Of a DNA stretch of 64,000 nt, positions 8,786-23,060 are shown piece after piece. Source of the DNA: an uncultured delta proteobacterium (GTDB taxonomy: Bacteria; Myxococcota_A; UBA9160; UBA4427); assembly GCA_963822965.1 (NCBI GenBank), contig CAWGJT010000010.1, positions 1,088,001 through 1,152,000 on the forward strand, in the 5' to 3' direction. The notes beneath the pieces are model-generated. The model had not been told where the DNA came from, searched no databases, and was given only the letters and a program-made list of their open reading frames with translations. Positions within the stretch are counted from its first letter, which is position 1. Each line of letters starts with the position of its first letter. Both the position numbers and the translations under genes were made by a program.

Positions 8786-10754
8786 TCAGTGCAGCGGTGC
8801 CGCGCGCCGCTCGCCGACGGATTCGACGAGCTGTGCGACCAACGTCTCGACGTCGGCCGCTTCCCGGGACTGCTTGCCGGCATGGCGCAGCCTCGGGGTG
8901 ACGGTTCCGCTCTCCATTTCCTTGTCCCCGATCACGAGCATCAGCGGAATCTTCTGGACCTCCGCCTCGCGAATCTTGAAGCCCAGCGTCTCGCTGCGCT
9001 CGTCGAGCTGCCCGCGCAGGCCCGCCTCCATCAGACGGGACGCCACCCGGGCGGCGAACTCGTGCTGACGCTCGGAGATCGGCAGGATCGCCACCTGGAC
9101 GGGCGCGAGCCAGAACGGGAAGTCTCCCCCCGTGTGCTCGATGTAGATGGCCAGGAAGCGCTCCAGGGAGCCCAGGATCGCCCGGTGCAGCATGGCGGGC
9201 TGGTGCAGCTCGCCGTCCCGGCCCACGTAGCGAAGGCCGAAGCGCCCCGGCATCGCCATGTCGATCTGGATCGTCCCGAGCGTCCAGGTGCGTCCCAGCA
9301 CGTCCTTGAAGTCGGCCTCGACCTTGGGCGCATAGAAGGCGGCCTCGCCGGGCTTGATCCGGCAGGCGTAGCCCGCCCCCTCCACCGCCTCGATCAACGT
9401 CCGCTCGCCGGCGTCCCAGTCCTCGGCGCGGCCCAGGAACTCGTCGGGCCGGGTGGAGACCGCCATGTCGACGCCTCCCGAGGCCCAGCACGCTGTAGAC
9501 CTCCTCGACCATCCGGAAGAAGAGGTGGACCTCGGCGGTCACCTGGTCCGGCTCGCAGAAGACGTGGGCGTCGTCCTGGGCCATCGAACGCACCCGCGCG
9601 AGGCCGGTCAGGGTGCCGCTCCGCTCGTTGCGGTGGAGCCGCGAGAACTCGGCGAAGCGCAGGGGCAGGTCGCGGTACGAGCGCTTCTTCAGCTGGAAGA
9701 TCGCGCAGTGGCCGGGGCAGTTCGTCGCCTTGACGCCGATCTCTTCGTTCTCGTCCTCTCCCTGCGAAGAAGTACATGTCGTCATGGAACATCTCGTAGT
9801 GGCCGGAGGTCTTGAAGAGCTCGGCGCGGCAGAGCTGCGGCGTCATGACTTCCTGGAAGCCGTTCTTCGGATACAGGGTGCGGATGTAGTCCGTGAGGCC
9901 GTTGTAGAGCGTCATGCCCTTGGGCAGATAGAAGGGCGAGCCGGGCGCCACGCGGGTCGATGATGGAAGAGCTCGAGGGCGGCGCCGACCCGGCGATGGT
10001 CGCGGGCTCGGGCCTCCTCGATGCGCGCCAGGTGGGCCTTCAGCTCCTTCGCGGTGGCGAAGGCCGTGCCGTAGATGCGCTGGAGCTTGGGGCCCCGCTC
10101 GTCGCCGCGGAAGTAGGAGCCGGAGGTCTCGAGCAGGCGGACCGCGCCGATCTGATCGGCGCGCTGCACGTGGGGCCCCCGGCACAGATCGACGAACTCG
10201 CCGTGCTGGAAGAGCGTGATCTCCTGGCCCTCGGGGATGTCGTCGAGGCGCTGGAGCTTCAGCTCCTCGCCCATCTCGGAGAAGCGGCGGCGGGCTTCCT
10301 CGCGGCTGACCACGAGGCGCTCGAAGCGCGCGTTCTCCGCCACGATGTCGTTCATCTTCTTCTCGATCCGCTCGACGTCTTCCGGCGTGAAGGGCTCGTC
10401 CACCAGGAAGTCGTACTGGAACTTCTCGGAGTGGTCCGCACGCCCCGCGTCCACCTGGGCGTTGGGGAAGAGGCGCTTCACGGCGTCCGCCATCACGTGC
10501 TCGGCGGAATGCCGGATGACGTCGCCGCCTGCGGAATCGCGGCTCGTCACGATCTCGATCGCCACGTCCTGCTCGATCGGCTGCCGCAGGTCCACCAGCC
10601 GGCCGTCGATCCGCCCGGCGAGCGCGGCCTTCGCGAGGCCGGGACCGATCTTCTCGGCCACCTCGAGAACCGTCGCGCCACGGGGCATCGCCAGCGTCTT
10701 GCCGTCGGGCAGACGAACGTCGATGGAGCCTTCGGCTCCGCTTCCCGGGCTCAT
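8786..10754 (-). CDS. thrS: Threonine--tRNA ligase (apparent frameshifts)
   Basis: TGS domain, RHSAEH, DLCRGPH, RDHRR, KTSGH, NCPGH, HRNERSG, LHRAILGSLERF, spread over several frames. Confidence 0.95.
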
Positions 10755-10864
10755 GAACGACGGTGGCTCATGGAACGAATCGCATCCTGTCCCGCGCTCG
10801 GCGGCCTCCCCGGCGGCATGCCCCCTTGCGGGGCGCGCACCGGGCCGGGACGCTGAAGCGACAG

Positions 10865-10940
10865 TGGTAGGCACGAGCGGGATCGAACCGCCGACCTCCG
10901 CCGTGTCAAGGCGGCGCTCTAGCCGCTGAGCTACGTGCCT
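10865..10940 (-). tRNA. tRNA-Val (GAC)
   Basis: Reverse complement AGGCACGTAGCTCAGCGGCTAGAGCGCCGCCTTGACACGGCGGAGGTCGGCGGTTCGATCCCGCTCGTGCCTACCA. Confidence 0.97.
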
Positions 10941-10962
10941 AAAACCAGCTAACGAGGCGGAA

Positions 10963-10990
10963 CATTTACCGTTTCGGCCCGTGCTGTCAA
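10963..10990 (-). promoter_or_regulatory. sigma70-like promoter of tRNA-Val/thrS
   Basis: TTGACA (10990-10985), 16 nt, TAAATG on the minus strand just upstream of the tRNA. Confidence 0.55.
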
Positions 10991-11093
10991 TTGCCGGAGC
11001 GACAGGGATGCGGGCTGCCTGCGCATTTCCCTCTGGGGAAGCTCCTGGCCCCGGGGAGCCGGCCGGCGGCCACGATCCCTGCGGCTCGAGCCG

Positions 11094-11903
11094 TCATCTG
11101 TCGCGGGCGTCCGGAGGCGACGTCCACTCCACGCTCACGACCGCGCGGCCCTCCTCCACCTCCAGCGGGCGCACCCGCAGCTGGGGGGGACCCAACGCCA
11201 CCAGCTGGTCGACGAGGGGGCCGGCCCCGCCCGCGTCCAGCGGGAGGTCGACCGCCAGCACCGCCACGCCCCGGTCGAACTGCAGCGGCACGGCCGTCCG
11301 CGCCCCGCAGCGCTCGACGATCAGGGCCCGGACGGCCGCGTAGGCCCCGTAGGCGTCCAGGCCGCGCACCTCCAGGGTCACCCGGTCCACGGCGTCGGCC
11401 AGGGGATCGCGCCGCAGCAGCCCTGCGTCGATCAGGCGCTGCTGCACCCGGTCGGCGTCCACGAAGACCTCGACGACCACCACGTACTCGCTCTTGACCC
11501 GGGGGGCGTCGGCGAACATGGCGGGGCGCAGCCCCTTGTCGTCGAGCACCTTGAAGCGGGTCGTGTAGGGCACCATGCGGTCGCCCAGCACCTTCTCGAG
11601 ATCGGGCTCCTGGGCCTCCCCGGACTCCGCCGGCTCGACATCCATCAGGAAGCTGCGCGCCACCCGGGTGACCGCTTCCTCGAGAGCCGCCTGGATGGCG
11701 GCGTCCACGGCGCCCGCCGTCCCGCTTCCGGCCCGCAGGGGCACCACGCCCACGGCCTCGATCCGACGGACCTCGGCACCCGCCGTTCCCGCCACCAGGA
11801 GCGTCGCCAGGCCGGCCAGCAGCAGGGCCCGGCGCCGTCGGCCCGCCGTGTCCGACGGGGGGTCCGCGAAGGGCACGCAGGTACAGGGCATCCGGTTCCT
11901 CAC
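11094..11903 (-). CDS. Hypothetical exported protein (N-terminus resembles FlgT_N/DUF2066-type domains)
   Basis: RRRR plus hydrophobic signal ending AGA; EAVGVVP..AAIQAALEEAV; GTG overlaps dnaE stop. Confidence 0.6.
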   Translation of the reverse strand: MRNRMPCTCVPFADPPSDTAGRRRRALLLAGLATLLVAGTAGAEVRRIEAVGVVPLRAGSGTAGAVDAAIQAALEEAVTRVARSFLMDVEPAESGEAQEPDLEKVLGDRMVPYTTRFKVLDDKGLRPAMFADAPRVKSEYVVVVEVFVDADRVQQRLIDAGLLRRDPLADAVDRVTLEVRGLDAYGAYAAVRALIVERCGARTAVPLQFDRGVAVLAVDLPLDAGGAGPLVDQLVALGPPQLRVRPLEVEEGRAVVSVEWTSPPDARDR

Positions 11904-14900
11904 AGTCCCGTCTCCGATACGACGCGCCCGAAGAGGCCGTCGAGCTTCCGGCGCAGGCCGTCGCTGGGATCGACCCCCCGCACGCTGCCCACGGCGAGGA
12001 CGGTCTCCGTCTCGCCGGGAATGGTGATGTGCAGATACACCGCGCAGTCGCCGGTGTGCGCCTTCAGCACGTCGCGCATCGCCACCAGGCGGTCGTTGGT
12101 GAGCTCGCTCTCGCGAACGCGCACGCGCAGGGCGGTGGTGAGCTTCTGCTCGGCCTCCGAGAGCGGCAGCACGTCGCGCACGAGGATCTTCGGCGGATCG
12201 CCCCCTTCGAGGGTTCCCGACACCACCAGCGGGACGGGATCGCCGCCGTCTCCCGACCTTGACCCGCTGCAGCAGCTCCAGGTGCTGCGCGTAGGGCTCG
12301 GAGAAGATCACGAGGTCGAAGCTCCCCTCCAGGTCCTCCAGGGTGCCGAAGCCCATGCGCTGGCCCCGGCGCGTCCGCGTCTCGCGCAGGCCGACGAGGA
12401 GCCCGCCGGCGCGAACCTCCCGGCCCTCGCGCCCGGCGGTGGTGGTCGACGTCACGTCGGTGAAGCGGGCCAGGTCCCGCGCCACGGCGCCCAGGGGGTG
12501 GCCCGTGACGTAGAAGCCGAGCAGCTCCTTCTCGTAGGCGAGCAGCTCGCGCTCGGTCCAGGGCGGCACCTCCGCCAGGCGGGGCTCGTCGAGGGCGTCG
12601 GCGCCCGTCAGCGATGCCGAACAGGCTCTCCTGGCCGATCGAACGGTCGCGCTGGGCGGCGGCGCCCCGCTCCAGCGCGGCGTCGAGGGAGCACCAGACC
12701 GCGTTGCGGTTCGGATGCAGTTCGTCGAAGGCGCCGCACTTCACCAGGGCTTCGACCACCCGGCGGTTCACCCGGCGTCCGTCGATGCGGTCGACGAAGT
12801 CGAAGAGGCTCTCGAAACGGCCGCCGGACTCGCGCGCCTCGATGATGTGGTCGACCGCCGCCGCACCCACGTTCTTGATGCCCGCGAAGCCGAAGCGGAT
12901 GGCGTCCTCGCCGTCCGACTCCACCACGCAGAAGTTGCGGCTCGACTCGTTCACGTCCGGCGGCAGGATGGCGATGCCGCGCTCGCGGCAGTGCGCGATG
13001 TAGCGCGAGAGCTTGTCGTGGTTCGCGGACTCGATGGTGAGCAGCGCCGCCAGGAACTCGTGCGGATGGTTCGCCTTGAGATAGGCGGTCTGGTAGACGA
13101 TCAGCGCGTAGGCCACCGCGTGGGCCTTCGGGAACGCCGTAGGCGGCGAACTCGGCGATCTGGTCGAAGAGCACCGCGGCCTTCGCCCGATCGATGCCGC
13201 GCGGGCGGCGGCGCCTTCGACGAAGCGCGACTTCTGCTCCGCCATCACCTCGGGCTTCTTCTTGCCCATGGCGCGGCGCAGCAGGTCGGCCTCGCCCAGG
13301 GAGTAGCCCGCCACCACCTGGGCGATCTGCAGCACCTGGTCCTGGTAGCAGATGACGCCCGAGCGTCTCCGCGGTCACCTCCTCGAGCTCCGGGAAGCGG
13401 GTACTCGACCTTCGTCACGCCGTTCCGGCGGTTGATGTAGTCCTCCACCATGCCCGAGCCCAGCGGGCCCGGCCGGTAGAGCGCGATCAGCGGGGCGAGC
13501 TCCTGGAAGATGCGCGGCTTCTGGCGCATCACGCAGGTCGGTCATGCCGCTGGACTCGACCTGGAACACGCCCTCGGTGTCGCCGGCGCACAGCATGTCG
13601 AAGGTCTTCTCGTCGTCGAGCGGGATCGCCTCGTAGCGAAACTCCGGATCGCGACGCTCGCGGATCATCGCCTCGGCGTCGGCCATCACGGTGAGGGTGC
13701 GGAGGCCGAGGAAGTCGAACTTGATCAGGCCCACCTTCTCGACGCAGCGACATGTTGTACTGGGACATCACGTCGCCCGACTTCGGGTCGCGGTAGAGCG
13801 GCACCAGCTCGATCAGCGGCCGGTTGCCGATCACCACGCCGGCGGCGTGCTTCGAGGCGTGGCGCGTCAGGCCCTCGAGGTTCGAGCGCCGTCTCGATCA
13901 GCTGCTGCACCTGCCCGTCGGAGTCGATGCGCGAGCGCAGCTCGGGCGACTGCGCGATGGAGTCCGACAGCGTGATGCCGAGCACGTCGGGGACGAGCTT
14001 CGCGACCCGGTCGACGTCGGCGAAGGACATGCCGAGCACGCGGCCCGACGTCGCGGATCGCGGCCCGCGCCTGGAGCGTCCCGAAGGTCACGATCTGGGC
14101 GACCGTCACCTCGTCGAAGCGGCCCTCGATGTTCTGGCCGTCGTCCGGCGGTCGGCCGGATCCGTACTTGTCCGCCACGTAGCGGATCACCTGGTCGCGG
14201 CCCCGCATGCAGAAGTCGACGTCGATGTCCGGCATCGACACGCGCTCGGGGTTCAGGAAGCGCTCGAAGATGATGTCCGTAGTGCGAGCGGATCGACGCC
14301 GGTGATGCCCATGCCGTAGGCGACCAGGCTGCCCGCCGAGGAGCCGCGCCCCGGCCCCACCGGGATGCCGTTGCGCTTCGCGTAGTTGATGAAGTCGGCG
14401 ACGATCAGGAAGTAGCCGGCGAAGCCCATCTCTCGGATCACCGCCGAGCTCGTGCTTCATGCGGTCCGCGTACTCGGCGTTCTCGAAGGGCTCGTCGGGC
14501 GACGAGGCCGAGCCGCTCGCGCAGGCCCGACCAGGCCTGCTCCTCCATCACCTCGTCGAGGGTCTTGCCCGCCGGCACCTGGAACTCGGGCATGTGGTAC
14601 GTGCCCATGGGGATCTCGAGGTTGCAGCGCTCGGCGATCTGCGAGGGCGTTCTCGATGGCCGACGGGTGGTCGTGGAAGACCTCCCGCATCTCGTCCCCG
14701 TCCTTCACGTAGAAGCCGTGGCCGTCGAACTTGAAGCGCTTCGGGTCGTCGAGGTTCGCAGCGGTGCCGATGCAGAGCAGCGCGTCGTGGTGGCGCGTGG
14801 TCGTGTGCTGCAGGTAGTGGGCGTCGTTGGTGGCGACCAGCGGGATGCCGAGGTCCGCCGACATCTTCACGAGCTCGGCGTTCACCTGGTCCTGGGCGGC

Positions 14901-15462
14901 GATGCCGTGGCGCTGCATCTCGAGGTAGTAGCGGTCGCCGAAGATGCCCTGGAAGTCCTCGGCCACGCGTCCAGGCGCGGTCGACCTCGCCCAGCAGGAT
15001 CGCCCGGGGCACCGGCGCCGAAAGGCAGCCCGAGGTGGCGATCAGCCCCTCGCTGCGCTGCGCGCAGCAGGTCCATGTCGATGCGCGGCTTGTAGTAGAA
15101 GCCCTCGAGGTAGCCCTTCGAGACGAGGTACATCAGGTTCCGGTAGCCGGTCTCGTTCATCGCCAGCAGCAGCAGGTGGTTGATGGCGTCGAAGCCGTCC
15201 TCCGTCGCGCTCGCGCTTCTCCTTCGTCGAAGCGGCGAGCCGGCCCGCGATGTAGACCTCGCAGCCGATGATCGGCTTGACGCCGTTGGCGCGCGCCTTC
15301 TCGTAGAACTCGACGGTGCCGAAGAGGTTGCCGTGGTCGGTCTGCGCCACGGCCGGCATGTTCAGCGCCTTGGCGCGCTCGAAGAGCGGATTGTGCTTGA
15401 TCGCGCCGTCGAGCAGCGAGTACTGCGTGTGCAGGTGCAGGTGGACGAACGGGCTTGGGCAA
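11900..15462 (-). CDS. dnaE: DNA polymerase III alpha subunit (apparent frameshifts)
   Basis: [69 protein letters not shown]. Confidence 0.95.
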
Positions 15463-15469
15463 GGCCCGG

Positions 15470-18889
<3,420 letters not shown>

Positions 18890-18940
18890 GGCGTCTGCCA
18901 CCCGTTTCGCAGGGCTGGCCGGCCTGGCCGACTGGCCTGC

Positions 18941-19012
18941 CGGCTCGTCCTTCGGCTCGGCTCTCGGCTCGGCCTTCAGCTCGACCTTCGGCCCGATTTC
19001 CAGCTCGTGTTT
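18941..19012. repeat. Six degenerate 12-nt tandem repeats upstream of guaB
   Basis: cggctcgtcctt/cggctcggctct/cggctcggcctt/cagctcgacctt/cggcccgatttc/cagctcgtgttt. Confidence 0.7.
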
Positions 19013-19120
19013 CGATGACGGGACCGACCACGGTAGACGCCCCCCCGACGCGTATCGCCCTGGCGCCCGAGGGTAGGTCCGCGCTCCGGGAGGGTCAACC
19101 GAAGGCGCCGCCCGCCACCC

Positions 19121-19555
19121 TCAGCCGAGCTGCGCGGTGAGCGGATCGAGAGCCTCCCGCAGCAGCGAGGCCAGGTCCTGGGCGATGGCTTCCGTGAGCC
19201 GGCAAGCGGTGCGCGGGTAGTCCTCGACCAAACGGCGGTATGCCGTGCGCTCGAGCACCAGCACCTCGCAGGTCTCCTCGGCCTTCGCGGTGGCCTCGCG
19301 CTGCCCCATGGCCAGCAGAGCGGCGCCGCCGAGCACGCTGCCCTCGCCGACAGTGCCGAGATCGGCCCGGCGCTGGCTCGAGAGGCGCACCGTGCCCGAG
19401 ACGATGAACACCAGGCTGTCCGCCTCGGCGGTCTCCCGGAACACCGAGCGTCCCGGGCGGAAGCTCTGGGGCTCGAGCAGGTCGAAGAGCACCTCGCGAT
19501 CGTCGTCGGAGAGCTCTGCCAGCAGGGGGAAGCGCTTCAGATCGGAGGGGGTCAT
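19121..19555 (-). CDS. Stand-alone cyclic-nucleotide-binding domain protein
   Basis: FPLLAEL, VFRE..ADSLVFIVSGTV, LGGAALL....REAT cassette; ATGA overlap with upstream gene. Confidence 0.85.
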   Translation of the reverse strand: MTPSDLKRFPLLAELSDDDREVLFDLLEPQSFRPGRSVFRETAEADSLVFIVSGTVRLSSQRRADLGTVGEGSVLGGAALLAMGQREATAKAEETCEVLVLERTAYRRLVEDYPRTACRLTEAIAQDLASLLREALDPLTAQLG

Positions 19556-21147
19556 GGGACGATCCGTGAGAAGAGCCCGCGCAGCAGGGCCACCGGCGAC
19601 TTCTGGCTCTCCACCGGCAGCAGGAAGAGCGAGGCCTCGTCGATCAGGGTGAGATTGTCCTGCAGCTCGTCCGGCGAGATGCGCTCGCCCTTGCGCAGGA
19701 GCGCCACGTGGAAGGTGCGTGCCCGGGGCAGCTGGGAGAGGACCTCGCACATCTCGGCCACCTGCCGGGCGGCCTCCGCGACCCGGCCGTTCAGCAGGAA
19801 GAGCGTGCCGAGCGCCCGGTGGCCGGCCAGCTGCCACAGGGGCATGAACGTCTCCGAGCGCGGCACGTGCACGAGCTCGATGCACACCCCGCCCTCGAGG
19901 GTGAGGGTGCCGATGGGGCCCAGGGTGTCCGGGCCCACCGCGCCCCGCTCGATGTCGGGGCTGAGCTGCGCGCCCGGCACGCCCCGCAGCAGGTTCGCGA
20001 AGTCCGGCAGCGCCGCCGGGTCCGAGGCGGCCACCAGCAGCTTGGCGGGGGGCAGCGGATCGCCCCCGGCACGGCCGTTCTCGCACCAGTCGCGCAGGCG
20101 CCGCACCTGGGCCTCGCTGAACAGCGGCGGCTCCTCGCCCCGCGCCGACGCGCTCGGCGCGATCGGGACGCGCCCCACCTCGATGATCTCACGGTCGGCC
20201 AGGGTCGCCAGGGTTCGCAGCACCTGGTAGTCGGGGAACGAGCAGTGATCGACCACCTCGCGCACGCTCGCGTACAGCTCGAGCAGGAGGAGCACCTCCT
20301 GGGTCAGGGGATGCACGATGTTCGGCAGCTCGCCGCTGCTGACCCGCATACGCACCCGCGAGTCGAGGGGCGGCAGCTTGGTGGAGAGCCGGTCCCATTC
20401 CTCGAGCTGACGCTGCCCTTCCTGGAGCAACACGCGGGTGGAGGTGGCAATGAAGGCCGGGTCGTCGATGGCTCCGGGCTCGAAGGCGAAGCGCCCCTGC
20501 CGGCAGCCCAGCAGCCGGAAGAGCGCCTTCTCGTTGCTCGCGGTGCCGCACTCCGCCTGCAGCACGTCGCCGTCCCGGAGGAGGACCACGCCCGACCCGG
20601 TCAGCCCCTCGTCGTCGCAATCGAGCCGCAGGCGACCGCTCGCGCGATTCACCTGGAAGAGCGAGAGGAGATCTCCGAGACGCACCAGCGCGAGGTCGCC
20701 GGCCACGGGCTGGCCGCTGGCCGCCGCCCGGTCGACCGCGTCCAGTCGATCCTGCCGCCCGATCAGATCCTCGATCGCGCGCACGATGGACTCGATGTCG
20801 GCACCGCCGGGCAGCTGCAGGTCGCCCGGGGCGCCGAAGCGATGCCGCTCGTCGGCGTCGCCCAGGAACAGGAAGCGCGAGCGCCGGGTTCGCGGGTTCG
20901 CGCGCAGGATCTCGGCCAGCTTCGGCGCGTCCACCAGGGGCAGGTCGAGCTGGGCGACCACCAGCCCGGGCCGCTCGCTCAGCGCCATCTCCAGGGCCGC
21001 CGCGCCGTGGGGACCCGTCCGGCACGGTACGCCCGCGCGCTCGCAGGCCGCGGCCAGCCGTTGCCCGCGGCCCGTGTTGCCGTCGGCGATCAGCACGAGC
21101 CGCTTCACGCCCTCGTCCTCGGCGGCACTGTGGCCGGGCTCGGCCAT
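19552..21147 (-). CDS. Pseudo-receiver + DUF4388(PatA-N)-like + degenerate small-GTPase-like protein
   Basis: REC-like N-terminus; [36 protein letters not shown] (DUF4388 pattern); C-terminal G-domain-like pattern. Confidence 0.7.
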   Translation of the reverse strand: MAEPGHSAAEDEGVKRLVLIADGNTGRGQRLAAACERAGVPCRTGPHGAAALEMALSERPGLVVAQLDLPLVDAPKLAEILRANPRTRRSRFLFLGDADERHRFGAPGDLQLPGGADIESIVRAIEDLIGRQDRLDAVDRAAASGQPVAGDLALVRLGDLLSLFQVNRASGRLRLDCDDEGLTGSGVVLLRDGDVLQAECGTASNEKALFRLLGCRQGRFAFEPGAIDDPAFIATSTRVLLQEGQRQLEEWDRLSTKLPPLDSRVRMRVSSGELPNIVHPLTQEVLLLLELYASVREVVDHCSFPDYQVLRTLATLADREIIEVGRVPIAPSASARGEEPPLFSEAQVRRLRDWCENGRAGGDPLPPAKLLVAASDPAALPDFANLLRGVPGAQLSPDIERGAVGPDTLGPIGTLTLEGGVCIELVHVPRSETFMPLWQLAGHRALGTLFLLNGRVAEAARQVAEMCEVLSQLPRARTFHVALLRKGERISPDELQDNLTLIDEASLFLLPVESQKSPVALLRGLFSRIVP

Positions 21148-21150
21148 GCC

Positions 21151-23007
21151 TCAGGCCCCCAACGGGATGCCGAGATCCCGCTTCAGCTGGAACGCCAGAT
21201 GCTCGACGAGCGCCCGGTCGTTGGTGTGAAAGAGGGCCCGCTCGCCGTCCGGCGACGCCTTGGGGGCGGTCACCATCGCGTACACGGGCCCGTCGCCGTA
21301 GTAGAGCATGAAGGGCTCGTGGATGCCGGAGCGCTCGGGCGTGACCCACGTGACCGGATGCGAGCCCAGGGGCCGGTCCCGATCGGCCACCACCACCACC
21401 TCCACGTGGTCCACCGAGTTGGCGAGCATGGCCAGACCGTCTTCGACGATCGGGCCCAGGGACTCGCCGGGCGACATCACGAGCAGGCCGCGATCGCCCC
21501 GCCGGCGCATCACCTCGCTGATCAGGAAACGGCCCACCTGGAGGCCGAGGTCGGGGCTCTCGAGCTCCGCCTCGTCCAGCAGCGCCGCCAGCACCTCGCC
21601 GATGGGACGTCCAGCGAGGTCGAGGGAACGCAGCACGCTGAGGCGGTCCTCGGCGATGCGGCGCTCGAGCGTCCGGTCGAGGGCCTCGAGCTGGGTGCCG
21701 TCGGTCGGGTAGGTCGCCACGGCCAGGGTGAACTCGGCGCGATTGCGCCCGCCGAAGGCGTCGAGCACGCCGCTGGCGGCCACCGTCGCCTCGAGCCGCT
21801 GCTTGAGAATGGCGGCGCCGAGCGCGTCGGTCTCCGGCAGCAGCATGCTGTAGCGGCTGTCTCCGTCGGCCGCGAGCAGGTCGGTGGTGCGGAGCACGCT
21901 GCCCAGGCTGCGCACGAGGCTCTGCAGCCACGACTCCAGCCCGTTCTGCGAGGCCAGCTCGCGCAGGCCACCGAGGGCGCCGCAGTCCACCCGCACCACG
22001 GAGAACTGACGGCCGAAGCGGCTCGCCTTCTGGATCTCGTTGCGCACCACGTCGTCGAAGTAGGCGTGGCTGTAGGCCTTGGTGGCGGGATCGCGGAACG
22101 AGAGCCGTTCCAGGGAGCGGAAGCGCAGGGCGTTCGCCACGGCGCTGGCCCCGAAGCCCACGAACTTCTCGGCGGTGGCGCGGTCGGCGTCGCTGAAGTC
22201 GTCGGCGTCGATCTTGTCCGAAAGGCGCGCGATGCCCAGCAGCTTGCCGCCGTTGAGCAGCGGCAGGTAGAGCGAGCCCCCGCCCGGCACCTCGGCGCCG
22301 CCCGACACCGACCGGCGCGGACGGGTCACCGAACGCCCCTCGTCCACCAGGGGGCCGAACTCGGTGCCGAGCCGCTCCACGACCAGCTCGCGCGGCTCCT
22401 CGTCGACGCGGATGAGCCCGCGCAGCCCGACCAGCCGCAGGCGGGTTCCACCCAGCTCGTCGGCCACCCACAGCACGCCGCCCTGGGCGCGCGTCTCGAG
22501 GCAGAGCCCCTCCACGATGCGCTCGGCGAGGGGCTCCAGCGCCAGCGTGGAGAAGAGCCCCGCCGCGCGCTCGTACAGCGAGAGCACGCCCATGTACTCG
22601 AGGTTCTCGGCCATCAGGCGGGCGTGCTCGTCGTGCAGCCGCCGCCGCTTCAGGATCTTCTCCAGGGACGCCGCCAGCCCCTTGCGGTCGAAGGGCTTCA
22701 GGATGTAGTCGGTCGCGCCCTGCTTCATGGCGGCGACGGCGGTCTTCACGTCGACCACGCCCGTCACCATGACGATCTCCTGGTCGGCGCGCCGTTCCTT
22801 GATGCGCTGGACCAGCTGGGTGCCGTCGATGCCCGGCATCACCAGGTCGGTGACGATGATGTCGAAGTCCTCGCGCTCGAGGACGTGGAGGGCCTCCTCG
22901 CCGCTCGAGGCGGTGACCACCTCGTAGCCCTCGTCGGTGAGCAGCCCTTCGATCAGCTCGCGGAAGTACCGCTGATCGTCGACGGCGAGCACACGGGCTT
23001 TCGGCAT
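21151..23007 (-). CDS. Response regulator with REC, GAF, degenerate GGDEF and extra C-terminal domain
   Basis: Intact REC (VDD, TDLVMP, T, KPF); GAF (LYLPL..LLGIARL..F.DADR); [24 protein letters not shown]. Confidence 0.85.
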   Translation of the reverse strand: MPKARVLAVDDQRYFRELIEGLLTDEGYEVVTASSGEEALHVLEREDFDIIVTDLVMPGIDGTQLVQRIKERRADQEIVMVTGVVDVKTAVAAMKQGATDYILKPFDRKGLAASLEKILKRRRLHDEHARLMAENLEYMGVLSLYERAAGLFSTLALEPLAERIVEGLCLETRAQGGVLWVADELGGTRLRLVGLRGLIRVDEEPRELVVERLGTEFGPLVDEGRSVTRPRRSVSGGAEVPGGGSLYLPLLNGGKLLGIARLSDKIDADDFSDADRATAEKFVGFGASAVANALRFRSLERLSFRDPATKAYSHAYFDDVVRNEIQKASRFGRQFSVVRVDCGALGGLRELASQNGLESWLQSLVRSLGSVLRTTDLLAADGDSRYSMLLPETDALGAAILKQRLEATVAASGVLDAFGGRNRAEFTLAVATYPTDGTQLEALDRTLERRIAEDRLSVLRSLDLAGRPIGEVLAALLDEAELESPDLGLQVGRFLISEVMRRRGDRGLLVMSPGESLGPIVEDGLAMLANSVDHVEVVVVADRDRPLGSHPVTWVTPERSGIHEPFMLYYGDGPVYAMVTAPKASPDGERALFHTNDRALVEHLAFQLKRDLGIPLGA

Positions 23008-23060
23008 CGGGTCCTCTCTGACTCGCGCGGATCCGTCCAGACGGGATCCGAAGCGCCGGG

